Positions 41,253-54,769 are shown, counted from the stretch's first letter. The stretch: 64,000 nt of DNA from Paraspadella gotoi (GCA_051294375.1 CM119265.1:5863730-5927729); one strand, 5' to 3'. Notes: generated from the letters alone by a model not told the origin. A program made the numbers and translations.

Positions 41253-43080
41253 GGGAAACCAGCCCCAGAATAAATTTCGGGAACTGATTGGAAATCTTTT
41301 TTATTCAAATTAATCCATTAGTAATTGGAGAAAGAATAAATGACATCCGGATCGTCGTGGTCGTCGTCGTCGTGGAAAAGAGGAGAAGATGGCGTTCCAA
41401 GATGGCGGACGGTCGAAAGCAGATGGTAGATGGCGTTCGGCTCATATGCCAAAAGCTTTTACCACTTTGTTGAATCACCGAATTTTTCCTCCACATTTGG
41501 TCTCACGTTATTTCGCAGTTTAACCCTTTTCCTTTTTTTTAAAAAAAGAAATAAAATCTTTCTATTTTTGAAAAAAAAAAAACTCGTTCAATGGTGAAAG
41601 TTTTAGATTTTTTTTTCTTCCTTTTTTCTCCCACAACAGATTTGATTTGTACGAGTATCGAATGATGTCTCGGGAGATTTTCTTTCGGGAATTTGACGGA
41701 CGTTAGAAATTTGGGAGGGAGGAAAAAGGAAAGTGAAAAAGGAAGGAGAGAAAGAAAATTGGAAGGGGTAGGAAAGAATAGGGACGATTTAGTTTAGAAT
41801 AAGTTGATGGAGAAGAATAAATGGAAATTTCGAATTTATTTATAACACAACAAAAATAGAACAAATAATCTTTCGGCTCCGATCTGAAATCGCGAGAAAA
41901 AGGGAAATGATAGGAAGTGGAAAAAATATTAAAAATATTAAAAAGAAGAATTAGAAGGAAAATCGAAAAAAAATAAAAAATAAAAAGAGAAAAGGAAAAG
42001 CGAAGAATAGAAAAAATAAAGAAAAGAGAAAATTGGAGGAACGATTCATAAAATAGATCCGCGCCATCATATTTCCGACCATAATGGGAAGTCGGTAAAG
42101 AAGGAGAAGAGAGGGAGGGAGAGAAGTTAAAAGTCTCGGTAGCACAAGTTTTGTGGTATTAGAAAGGAAAAAGAGGTGGAGTAGTGCTAATTGGAATAAA
42201 GTAAATATTAAGTAAATTTTAAACATGCTCCGAGCAAAAAAAAAACTTTAACGTTAAAGACCAAAATTCATTTTTAAATTAGACTATAAAGAATGATTGT
42301 AAAAGAAATTAAAGAGAAAAGCGAGAATATGACTAAAGATTAGCGAGATGAAAGAAGCTCGTGAAAGAATCTTGACACAATAGGAAGAGGAAGAGAATAA
42401 TCATCGATTTCCTAAGTGGTTATGAAGAGAGAAAGACGGCACAAGAGGAGAGTGGCAGAGCTTGTGGCAGAGCTTATGGCAGAAAAAACGTTGGAGATAA
42501 AAAATGAAGTTATACTTCAACATTTTGTGTATAAATTTAGATTATGTGAATTCATTTAGGTTTATATCTCTTTGAAGTCTATAACATTTCTCACTTTCTG
42601 AATATGAACCATCCAATATTCATAAAATATTCATTTTATGTCACCGAAAAATAATTTGGAGCTATGTTATAACTCGGTAAAGTTGAGCAGATTGGTAAAA
42701 TATTACATTGGCTTTGAAAATTTTATGTTAAATGTTAATGTAGAAACAATATTTAGTGCTGTTACTGACTCTCGACTCCATCAAAGACAAAAGCGTTGGA
42801 AGAAAGACCTAAGAAGGTTGAATAGTCGCAAGCGGCTGTGACAATTTGAATTAGAAAATGGAACAGGGTGGCGCCGTCGATGGCATCGATTCGCGCAGAG
42901 CAAAAGGCGCCGAGCTCTTTGAGTTACGANNNNNNNNNNNNNNNNNNNNNNNNNGTCGCCCCGGACGTCTCGGATCCGCCGCACACCAACTTAAGATCCA
43001 CGAACCGTCCGCTCGAAGCTCATAAACCGCTTAATGACTTTTTCCTTCGCTTTCTCCGTATCTCTCTATCTCCAAACGTC

Positions 43081-43154
<74 letters not shown>

Positions 43155-44027
43155 CTCCAATTCTCCGGAACTTACACAGCCACTACCAGCACACAACAAC
43201 ATGCCCACCAACGACACCAAAAGCGGGACGCGTGTGATGTGAAGAATTATGTTTTAATTATGAGAATATAGTGAACTCGTGCCTGACCGACCTGGTTAAA
43301 AAGAAATAGATCGAGGATGGGAAAAGCGCGCTATGGTACAAAGTTCATTTCAAGACGAGTGAGAGCGGCGAGACGTGGACAACTGCCCCGTGAGATTTGA
43401 ATGAAAAAGTCCACCCCACTGAACCAAGTAAGTGATTGTTTATATAATATATTAACACCACATCATCGAGCTGATACTCTTCAAATGCCTCATCTCAGCA
43501 TCAGGTCTCAGTCTCAGTGATCTACCTCTCCTTATCATACGATCTTAGAACTGGACTATTCTTCTTTGCCAGCTTAGCATATCCTGTCATCCAACTTTAT
43601 CCTACCATACCATTCGCGTACTCTTACATAACTCATATGCAAATAACAAATGTCCGTGCTCTCTCATACTTCTCAAGTCTCAATACTCATCTTCTTTTCG
43701 CTGACACTTTGACAAAAAGAAATGGCACGCCTTAGGTCCATTATCGTTTTTCTCTTCGTGTCCCTAACGTATACGTCTCCCGTCGTCGTTCATAAATCCG
43801 TCAATTTGCTCATTTCTCTGTCGTAGTCGCTTCACCATTGTTATTGTCGTTCAATGGTTTTCCAGAGCGGCGTCGCCTTTCGGTCGGACTCGCGGCACTC
43901 TGTCGCTGCAACAAACAGGCGCGATGCAATCGTCCTCTCTCCCTCTCTCTTCTCTCTGCGTCTCCTCTCTCTCATCTCTCTCTCTTCTCTTCTCTCTCTC
44001 TCTCATCTCTCTCTCTCTCTCTCTCCC

Positions 44028-44079
<52 letters not shown>

Positions 44080-45159
44080 TTTTTTTTTCTTCGATCTCTT
44101 CTCCGGAGGATTCAATCTTTTCCTCTGGCCTCGGTCAGCAGAAGAGGCTGCAGGAGACCCGTTTGAGCTGTCGCCACTTAAGATTTCCCGGGAAATTACG
44201 ACATTATGAACCCGAACCCGAAAACCGACGAAATAGATACGTCGGACGACGGCATAGACGACGACGCTTGAAGAAGGACATTTGTTAAACGCAGACCAAT
44301 TAAGGGTCAGCACTCACTTGTTCGTTCAGATTGACGCTCGACCTCGTACTGGACGCGTCAACGACCGACCGACGGTGACTTGTGTTCCGACTGACCGGAA
44401 CACTTTACTACGCTGACGATTCATCCGAAGGTAAAAATGTAACATCAAAGAGACGGCAACCTATAACCCAAGGTATATGATAACGAGCACCGTCCCTAAT
44501 TCTCATTGATCTCACCCGTTAGCCTAATTAAAACACAAAGCTCTACTCCTCCTAACGATAATACAGTTCCTCTAAAACAATAATTGTAGCTCACATATGG
44601 ACCCAGCCCGATCCCGTTTCAAGTACTTGTAACCCTAACACTATACCCTGATTTAACAAACCCGAAAGGTCTCCTCATCACAAGTGAAACAAGACTAACT
44701 CTTCTCTTCTCGACACATGACAACAACAACGACGACGACGAAGACGCCCAACGTTCGACCCCTCGCCTTCTCGCTCAGCTGATCATTTCGTCTTCCCTTT
44801 TGTCTTTTTCTCTCTTTTTCTTCCCTCAAGATGTCCCGCAACTTAGAAAGATTCGAACCCTGGTGCCGTATTTGTGAGGTCTGCTCGGATTTGGTTCCGC
44901 TCTCTCTACTTCTCTCCCTGCAAGATGCTCTGAACTGTTTTGCACTTTCTTTTCCCGAAATTTATACATTAACTATAACAATCATTCATATTCCACTTTC
45001 TCCAGCTGGGGTGCTCGACTGTCACTAGCGATTGGGTCATCTCTCCCTGCATCCCGATATCCTTTTAATGGACATTAATCTACGCTCTCTGTCCGATTGT
45101 CCAGAGTCCAAGACAATCTCCCTCCCGCATATCTCCCCTCTTTTTGGTGGTGGTGGTGT

Positions 45160-45587
45160 ACTGTGGAAGTGGACGAAGAAGGAGAAGAAGGAGAAAGGGA
45201 AGGAGATAAAGAAGAAGGAGAAAGGGAAGGAGATAAAGAAGATAAAGAAAAAGGAGGAGCAGAAGACAACGAATGCCTCCGGCGCCATCTTGAATCGATT
45301 TGTTCCCATCTGCATACTTACGAAAAAAAGCGTGGTGGGGCCGCTCGTGGTGGTAGCGGCGGCGGACGAAACGTTTGTGAAATCAGGGAATATAAATAGA
45401 AAAGAATTAAAGAAAGATAGTGATGTTCTTTTGTTTTTTATGAAGTCACATTTCGTAACGATCGTTGACGCAGCATTTATGATCTTTTTCTTCGTTCTGG
45501 GAATGTTGGGAAAATTGTGAAAAAAGATTAATTCCACGGCTAAAATGCCGTGAAAGTAAGAACTGACTGAATGATATCGCATTCCCA
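45160..45587 (-). CDS. Possible coding segment within the longest gap-free ORF (45037..45831)
   Basis: Non-repetitive core KKKIINAASTIVTKCDFIKNKRTSLSFFNSFLFIFPDFTNVSSAAATTTSGPTTLFF; both ORF ends are purine/pyrimidine low complexity. Copy at 53770-54210(+). Confidence 0.25.
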
Positions 45588-46435
45588 TTTTTTTTTTCCT
45601 CTGCTGAAACAAAGAACAAAAGAAAACGAGAGAAAAAGAATGGAATCGAAGGGAAAACAATAAAATCACGTCTCCTCCCAATTTTCCAGCCTCGATTTTT
45701 TTTTTTTTCTTCTCAACCCTCCGCCCAACGTCTCCTTCCCTCCTTTTCCCCAACTTTTCCCTCCTCCTCCCCACCCCTACCTCGCCCTCCACCCTAGCTC
45801 TCCCCCTTTCCCTTCCCCGGGCCTCTCCCACCCTCTTTTTCTCGCGAAAATGGGTAAACCTATTAACGCGTTTTTTCGAAGGTCGGATTCAAATTTTCGG
45901 ATGCAAATTTTCGGATGCAAATTTTCGAAGGTCGGATGCAAATTCGCTTTGTGCCGAGTTTATGAAATTGGTACAACCAATATAAAAATTATCCATTCAT
46001 TTAATAAATAAGCCATCTTGCCCCTGACTTTGGACAGGCTTTGGTGGTTTAAGGAATCCATCATCTTATATGATAATGACATAGCAGGTCCCTGCAAGAT
46101 TTCATTCAAACTCTCTCACAGTCCTGTTTATTCATTCCAGAGTTTGTTTTCTTTATTTTTTTTTTTTTTTTTTTTTTAAGGCGCGACTTTTTGTGAGAAG
46201 GAAAATCGGGAAGTAATCGATGTCAACTCTGGGATTACGGTTAATTACGTTTGACTGCGATGAATTTGGACATTGCTATGTTCACCTTCGATTCGGCGCT
46301 ATGCAGAAACTTGATTTGGTCAGTCGTCAGTCTTCGTATCTTTGAACCCTCTAACTTTACCGAGGTTAATTCTTCATTTCGGAGGCGAATTCTCGTTACA
46401 ACTCCGTGTATTTTTCCGAGAAAAAAAAATTCTCT

Positions 46436-46473
<38 letters not shown>

Positions 46474-47134
46474 CATCTCCTCTCTCTCCCGCAAGGCAAA
46501 CGCGGGTGGCCAGCTTCGTTCGGCCGTTTTCCAGAAGGAAAGGTCGGCCGGGTTCGCTCACCCCTCCTTACTGCAGCCCTTTCTCACCACCGCTCACCGC
46601 GCTCCATCACGCGATTCCACCCGCTCCACCCGCGCAACGCCCACCACCGTCCTTCCTCTTAAATCTCCTCCCTAATCCTTTTTTCGTCGTCCCCATTGGT
46701 TCTCATGAGAAATTCTATGCTAACGTACATTAAGGTCTCCCTTTGGCGGTCGCTCGGTCGGTCGGTCGTCTGTCGGGCAGAGAATGGGGGGTTAAGGCTA
46801 CTCCGGCGTTTCGCTTCCGCCCTGCACGCTAAATCTTCTACGACCGCTAAGCCAGTCCCTATTTTCTCTCCCATCTCAGATTCCCGGATGGAGGATTCTT
46901 TCCCTTTTTTTTTTATTTGCTCGTAGTTTTGCCCAGAAGCTCCGCATGTGACGAATGACGATGCCATGAAATAATTTCAATGTTTCGCTTTGTAAGTAAT
47001 TGTACTTTTCAGTTTTCCACTTTTCCCGGGATTATATTTTTTTTTCAGTCTTTCTCTCATACGCCAACAATAACAATTGACAATTGACAATTTCTTATTA
47101 GTAGTTAGTATCTTAATACGATAGCAATACGATA

Positions 47135-47204
<70 letters not shown>

Positions 47205-49329
47205 TTTTCCTCCTCCTTCCTCTCTTCTCTCAAGGATTTTTACTTTTGACCCGGGATTCTTATTTTCCACGCAATCTCTGGCAACCGCTTCAACAGCAAG
47301 GACGACGTAGGCTACACGCGCGACAATGAGTAAAACAACAATAATGTTGTTCAGGATGACGCTTTGTAAAGAGAAAAGCTATTGTCAATGAAACCATCGA
47401 TCTCTGGAGGATGAAAATAGGGAAGATGAGAAGTGGAGCGGATCGATGAAAAGGAGCTGAAGAAACTGGAGCAATGGATCTCTGACTCGCTTGAAATTTA
47501 TATTGTAAGATGTAAGGAGAGGAAAGTAATAATGTCAACAACAAGGTCGGCTGAAATGGAATATTAGATTTGCAGATATATGCAGATATATATGCAGTCT
47601 ATACACAATTTGCAGATAATATCAATCAATTATTTGTTTCAGAGTCATGATTTTGGCAGAAGATTTAGTAGTTAATAGTTAATTCTGTCTTCCTCAGAGA
47701 CAGAAGTCTCTGAAGATCAGTGCTTATTTAAAAATAAATATTATGTTACTTCCAGAAATAATTTGTTTTTTCTTTTATATTATTGGCATGAAAAGACCAA
47801 ATCAAACTATTAACTAATAATATCAATCAATATCGACTAGTTTCTCAGTTGAAATTTTTTCTATAGCTTCCGTCAAAAAAAGCGAGATGTGCGCGTCTTA
47901 CCTGTTTGTTATCGATCAACCAAAGAGAAAACAAAAGAGAAAAGAGATCAATATAATCCTTTCAAATATTCTTACGCCCGAAAACAGCAATGCAGTTTCA
48001 TCCACGCGGATAGAGATTGCCAGAGTTCCTCTCTAAGTCGTAAAGACGTGACTCGGGACAACCGGCGTTCGAGGCCGCGAGAAGATGAACTCGCGAGGAT
48101 TTGACGAGTTGATTGGAAAGAGGAAAGGTGGGCCCTGTTGTTGTTGTTGTCGTCGATGTTTAAGGCGACAAAAGTTATTAAAATACGTCCTCTCAATACT
48201 GAAGCAATGCGACTTCGCTCGGCGGACGATCAAAGTAGAGAGAATCTTTTTTTTTTTTATGTTTGTTTTTCAATTTTTATTTTGGTTTTGCTGTTTTTTT
48301 TTTCTTTCAAATCATCTGAATTCAACTGAAATTTAATCATCATTAGCTCAATTTTATCTATCCCTCTTCCTTTTTCTATTATTCTCTCCCCTATTTCTTC
48401 ATTTTTCATTCCCCCCCTCCCTATTTTCTCTTATTCGTTTCGTTATTTCATTCTCTCTCTTCCCCCTTTTTCTGTTTTTACGATTCTCTTCATTCCTTCT
48501 CTTTTTCGTTTCCACTTTCCTTCTTGCGGATATGATTTCTTCTCCCCTCTCGTTTCTCTGCGCGCTACAACCTTTCTTCTTTCCACGTCAGTAAATCACC
48601 ATCGGATGTCGCTTTATCTCGGAGGAACACTATAACTCTCTCGCTCTCCCTCTTCCTCTCACTAAGTCTCACTACCTCCACTTACCCTCCACCCACTTCC
48701 TCAGTCCTCACCCTTCAGCCATATCCCTACTTATTTCACCCAGAACTCGGTCAGTCTCTAGAATGCCTCAGGTTCCCAAGGTCTTCTTTTACGATTCTTC
48801 CACGCGCGTCACTTTGCTTCGGGTTTCTCCTCTCGTTCTCGGCTCTTCGTTCTCTCCTCGTTCTCCCGCCCCGGTCGTCTCGACGGCCGTCTCTATTCAG
48901 CTTGCCGTGGCTGTGCTACTTAGAGGCCGAAGGCGGCGCGAGGAGGTTGGGTCCGGGTGATTATGGCGGGTTCGTGCGAACCGTGATNNNNNNNNNNNNN
49001 NNNNNNNNNNNNGAGTCATTTCGCACCATAACGCTTTCACGTCTCTCACGGATGAAAGAGAGAGAGAGAGGAGACGAGAGAGAGAGAGAGACGAGAGAGA
49101 GATGAGAGAGAGATGAGAAGAAGAGAGAGTGAGAGAAGAGAGAAGAATATCTCATTATTATCAAAAAGAGAAAAATTCCCAATAATAACATTTGGTTCGT
49201 GAGAAACAATTAATTTTTTTTTCATCGGAAATAGAAATTTACGTAAGACGATCGGCGGAATTTAATTCAATTAAATTTGAAAAGGTGGAGAGAGAGAGAG
49301 AGGGAGAGAGAGAGAGAGATGAGGAGAGA

Positions 49330-49375
<46 letters not shown>

Positions 49376-49479
49376 AGATAGAAATAAGATAGTGAGAATC
49401 TGTCAATAATTTTTTTAAAAAGCATCTTTTTTTCGCTTTCTCTTTTTTTGGTAAACCTTTTTTTTTAGTTTGTTTTTTC

Positions 49480-50206
49480 TATATTTTTATTTTGGTTTTG
49501 TGTTTTTTTTTTCTTTCAAATCATCTGAATTCAACTGAAATTTAATCATCATTAGCTCAATTTTATCTATTCGCTCTTCCTTTTTGCTATTATTCGTCGA
49601 GTCTCTGCGGCTATTTCTTCAATTTTCATGTCCCTCCGCCTCCCTATTCTCTCATTCGTTTTCGTATATTTCATTCTCTCTCTTGCCCCCTTTTCTGTTT
49701 TTACGATTCTCTTCATTCCTCTCTTTTATCGTGTTCACTGTTCCTCTTGCGATATGATTTCTTCTCCCCTCTCGTTTCTCTGCGCGCTACAACCGTTTCT
49801 TCTATTCCACGGCACGTAAATGCACCAATCGGTGTGCGCTTATCTCGGAGGAACACATATACTTCTCGTCGCTGCTCGTCGCCGTTTCTTCCTCCACTAA
49901 GTCTCACTTACCTCCACTACCTCCACCCACTTTCCTCAGTCCTCACCCTTCAGCCATTATCCCTACTTATTTCACCCAGAACTCGGTCAGTCTCTAGAAT
50001 GCCTCAGGTTCCCAAGGTCTTCTTTTACGATTCTTCCACGCGCGTCACTTTGCTTGGTTCTCCTCTCGTTCTCGCTCTCGTTCTCTCCTCGTTTCTCCCG
50101 CCCCGGTCGTCTCGACGGCGTCTCTATCAGCTTGCGCGTGGCGGCTCACTGAGGCCGAAGGCGCCGCGAGGAAGTTGGTCCGGGGATTGCGGTTCGCGAA
50201 CCGGAT
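49480..50206 (+). repeat. Direct duplicate of 48270-48987
   Basis: Both copies translate MPQVPKVFFYDSSTRVTLL. Confidence 0.93.
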
Positions 50207-50483
50207 GATCGTCCGCCGAGCGAATTCGCATTGCTTCAGTATTGAGAGGACGTATTTTATAACTTTGTCGCCTTAAACATCACGACAACAACACAACAGG
50301 GCCCACCTTTCTCTTTTCCAATCAACTCGTCAATCCTCGCGAGTTCATCTTCTCGCGCCTCGAACGCCGGTTGTCCCGAGTCAACGTCTTACCGACTAGT
50401 GAGAGGAACTCTGGCAATCTCTATCCCGTGGATGAAACTGCATTGCTGTTTTCGGGCGTAAGAATATTTGAAAGGATTATTTG
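49980..50483 (+). CDS. Possible exon of a secreted/surface protein: MPQVPKVFFYDSSTRVTLLGSPLVLALVLSSFL...SHCFSIERTYFNNFVALNITTTT.GPTFLFSNQLVNPREFIFSRLERRLSRV...
   Basis: Acceptor ttatttcacccAG precedes a GC-rich segment. The frame is recoverable with a few indel corrections using the copies at 48744-48987(+) and 48232-47950(-). No homology recognised. Confidence 0.35.
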
Positions 50484-53099
50484 ATCTCTTTTCTTCTTTT
50501 GTTCTCTTTGTTGATCGATAAACAAACAGGTAAACGCGCACATCTCGCTTTTTTTGACGGTAGCTATAGAAAAAATTTCAAACTGAGGAAACCAGTCGAT
50601 ATTGATTGATATTATTAGTTAATAGTTTGATTGTCTTTTCATTGCCAATAATATAAAAGAAAAAACAAATTATATTCTGGATAGTAAACTATAATATTTA
50701 TTTATAATAAGCACTGATCTTCAGAGACTTCTGTCTCTGAGGAAGACAGAATTAACTATTAACTAACTAAATCTTCTGCCAAAATCATGACTCTGAAACA
50801 AATATTGATTGATTATTATCTGCAAATTGTGTTATAGACTGCATATATATATAAGGCGTAGAAAATTCCTAAGTTTAACTTTAATTAAAATTCTAAAAGT
50901 GAGAACGAACAACATTTATACCTTATGAACATTTATGTATAAAAAAATTCATAATAAATTTACAATTTACGCCAGTAGGCCATATTTATACTTAGTACTA
51001 AACCAATAAATGTTAAAATTTCCAAAACAGTTTTTCTAAGATTTTTTTTGCAGATTTGATTCGTCATAAAAAGTTGATAAAGAGAAATATAACTCTTTTT
51101 TGAAAAATTCTTCATTAAGTGGGTCAAAAATAGTAAGCATATTAAACTTGAAATTTTACTTTATATATTAAATATAGAGATTTTTTTAATTTTTAACTAC
51201 TTAATGAAAGAATTTTTTAAAAAAAATAAATATATTTTCTTTTATCAACTTTTTGACGCAGGAATTCAAATCTGCAATCAAAATTAAAAAAAGCCTATTT
51301 TGAAATTTTCGATTTACTATAAGGGATAGACTATTATAAAATATAGCCCTACTGCGAAAATTAAACATAAATTAATTTTTTAAAAATTAGTTCACTGATG
51401 GTATGGTTTCATAATGACTTTTTAGATTTTGTATGTAACTTTCACTCGCCTAATATTATATCTGCATATATCTGGCAAATCTAATATTCCATTTCAGCCG
51501 ACCTTGTGTTGACATATTACTTTCCTCTCCTTACATCTTTACAATGATGAAATTTCAAGGCGAGGGTCAAGAATCCATGCTCCAGTCTTCGTTCAGCTCT
51601 TTTCATCGATCCGCTTCCATTCCTCATCTTTCCCTATTTTCAGTCCCCAGACGGATGCGATGTTTTCATTGAACAATAGCTTTTCTCTTTACAAAGCGTC
51701 ATCGGACACTGAACAACTATTATTGTTGTTTACTCATTGTCGCGCGCTGTAGCCTACCGTGTCCCGTGCTGTTGAAGCGGCTTGCAGAGATCTGAGCGGG
51801 TGAAATAAGAATCCCGGGGCTCAAAAAAGTGTAAAATCCTGAGAGTAAGGCAGTACGGTACTTGAGAGAAGGAAGAGAGATGAATATCATAAGAGAAGCA
51901 AAGAAGAGAGATGATGAGCATGAGATGAAGGAAAGAAGACTAATTACGCGAGAGACATCGACAGAGAAGAAAAGAGGACTCCGGAGGAGAGAGAGAGAGA
52001 GAGTAGGAGCAGCAAAGGAATATTCGTATTGCTATCGTATTAAGTAACTAGACACTAATAAGAAATGTCAATTTGTCAATTGTTATTGTTTGCGTTATGG
52101 AGAAAGACTGAAAAAAAAAAAAAAATTATCGATTCCCGGGAAAAGTGGAAAACTGGAACAAGTACATATTACTTACAAAAGCGAAAAACATCGAAATTAT
52201 TTTCATGCATCGTCATCGTTCACGATGCGGAGCTTCTGGGCAAAAACTACGAAAAAAAAAAAAAGGGGAAAGAATTCGCCTCATCCGGGAATCGGACGAT
52301 GGGGGAGAATAGGGGGTTAGCTGGTGTAGAAGATTTAGCGGTAGGGCGGAAGCGAAACGCCGGAAAGTAGCCTTAACCCCCATTCTCTGCCCGACAGGAC
52401 CGACCGCGACCGACGAACGACCGCCAAACGGAGACCTTAATGGTTACGTTAGCATAAATTCTCATGAGAACCAATTGGACGACGATAAAAAAAGGTTAGG
52501 GAGGAGTTTAAGAGGAAAAAGGGGAGGGCGCGTTCGGCTGTGGAGGCGGTTGGCGCGGGTGGAGCTGTGGTGGAATCGCGGCGATGGAGCGCGGGGGACG
52601 GTGGGAGAAAGGCTGAGTTAAGGGGGGTGAGCGAACCCTGGCCGACCTTGCCTTCTGCGAAAAGGCCGGAACGAAGCTGGCCCACCCGCGTTTGCCTGCG
52701 AGAGAGAGAGAGAGAGGAGAGAGACGAGAGAGAGAGAGACGAGAGAGATGAGAGAGAGAGAATTTTTTTCTCTACGGAGAAAAAATATACACGGCGAGGG
52801 TCTGATCGCCGAGAAGTTTTTTGTTTTCTTAACGAGACATCGCCTCCCGAAATTGAAGAAAATTAACCTCGTGGTAGTTAAGCCTAGAGCGTAGAGTTCA
52901 AAGATCGGAAGACTGACCCGACCTTGACCAATATCAAGTTTCTGCGATAGTAGCCGCCCGGAATTCGAGATGGTTGAACCATAGCAATCATGCTCCAATT
53001 CATCGCAGTCAACGTATTAACCGTAATCCCAAGTGACATCGATATTACTTCCCGATTTCCTTCTTCACCCCAAAAAGTCTCGGTCGCCTTAAAAATAAA

Positions 53100-53184
<85 letters not shown>

Positions 53185-54210
53185 AAAAAATTAAAGGAAA
53201 ACAAAACTCTTGGGAACTATCGTGAATAAGCAGGACTGTGAGAGAGTCTCTCTTGAATGAAATCTTGCAGGGACTGCTATGTCATTACATATAGCAATGT
53301 GATGGATTCCTTAAACCACCAAAGCCTGTCCAAAGTCAGACAGTGTGGCAAGAATAGCTTATTTATTAAATGAATGGATAATTTTTATATTGGTTGTACC
53401 AATCTTCATAAACTCGGCACCACAACCTGCGAATTATGCATTCCGCACCTTCTGAATAAAAAAAACATACTCCGCGTAATTAGGTTTACCCATTTTCGCG
53501 AGGAAAAGCGGGGACGGGGGGAGAGGCCCGGGGAAGGGAAGGGTGAGCGGAGAGTAGGGGTGGGCGAGGACGGTTAAGGTGGGGGTAGGAGGAGGTCGAA
53601 AACAGTTGGCGGGAAAGGAGGGAAGGAGACGTTGCGGAGGTTAGAAGAAAAAAAATCGAGGCTGGAAAATTGGGAGGAGACGTGATTTTATTGCGTTTCC
53701 TTCGATTCCATTTCTTTTCTCTCGTTTTTCTTTTTGTTCTTTGTTTCAGCAGGGACGAGAAAAAAAAAAAATGGAATGCGATATCATTTCAGTCAGTCTT
53801 ACTTTCACGCATTTTAGCCGTGGAATATTAATCTTTTTTTCACCATTTTCCCAACATTCCCAGCAACGAAGAAAAAAGATCATAAATGCTGCGTCAACGA
53901 TCGTTACGAAATGTGACTTCATAAAAAACAATCAAGAACATTCACTATCTTTCTTAATTCTTTTCTATATATTCCCTGATTTTCACAAACGTTTTCTTCC
54001 GCCCGCCGCTACCACACGAGCGCGCCCACCACGCTTTTTTCGTAAGTATGCAGATGGGGAACAAATCTGATTCAGATTGGCCGCCGGAGCATTCGTTGTT
54101 CTTCTGCTCCTTCCTTTTTCTTATCTTCTTTATCTATCCTTTCCATTCTCCTTCTTCTTTCTATGTCCTTCCCTTCTCCTTCTTTCGTCCTTCTTCGTCC
54201 ACTTCCACAG
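50207..54210 (-). repeat. Inverted duplicate of 45160-48232, plus the MITE
   Basis: Collinear reverse-complement matches; e.g. 48190 ctctcaatactgaagcaatgcga / 50226 tcgcattgcttcagtattgagag. Confidence 0.95.
50854..51451. mobile_element. AT-rich fold-back MITE with long imperfect TIRs, inserted in a TA run
   Basis: Ends are AGGCG..CGCCT. Internal inverted matches: gcagatttga..aaaagttgataaa..ttcattaagt (51050-51120) vs acttaatgaa..tttatcaacttttt..tcaaatctgc (51198-51275), and cagtagg (50973) vs cctactg (51348). Absent from the other copy of the locus (47580-47600). Confidence 0.75.
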
Positions 54211-54316
54211 TCGCCTCCGGACGTCGGAACATCCCCGAACCAATAAATCAAACCGTCGGAGCTAATGACTTTTTCCTTTCCCTCTTCTCTATCTCTCCTA
54301 TCTCCAACGGTTCTCT

Positions 54317-54409
<93 letters not shown>

Positions 54410-54769
54410 TTTTCTTCTCCAATTCGGAACTTACACACACACACACACCCCAACGACTCCAAACGGCAGTGCTGTGATTAAGATTATTTTTTTGGCATAT
54501 GACTCCCTGGAGCGCTATGCAATCTCTTGAAAAAAAAACCAAGAGGAGACTCTTCTACTTCTCCTCTCTCTCTCTCTTCTCTCTCTTCTCTCTCTCTCTC
54601 TTTCTCTCTCTCTCTTCTCTCTCTCTCTCTCTCTCTCTCTATCCTATCTTTTCTCTCTCTATACCTTCCAACAAGGCAGGCAGGGGTATGTGGGCGAAGA
54701 GAAAGGGGAATGTATAATACTCTTGCCAAGTTTTGTGAGTTGAATCGAGCGATGCTCGAGCTTGGTTTT

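Noticed and set aside
50425-50461. Insulin A-chain-like VDE..CCFR
   Set aside because: The two words are in different frames in both copies, and the remaining Cys pattern is missing.
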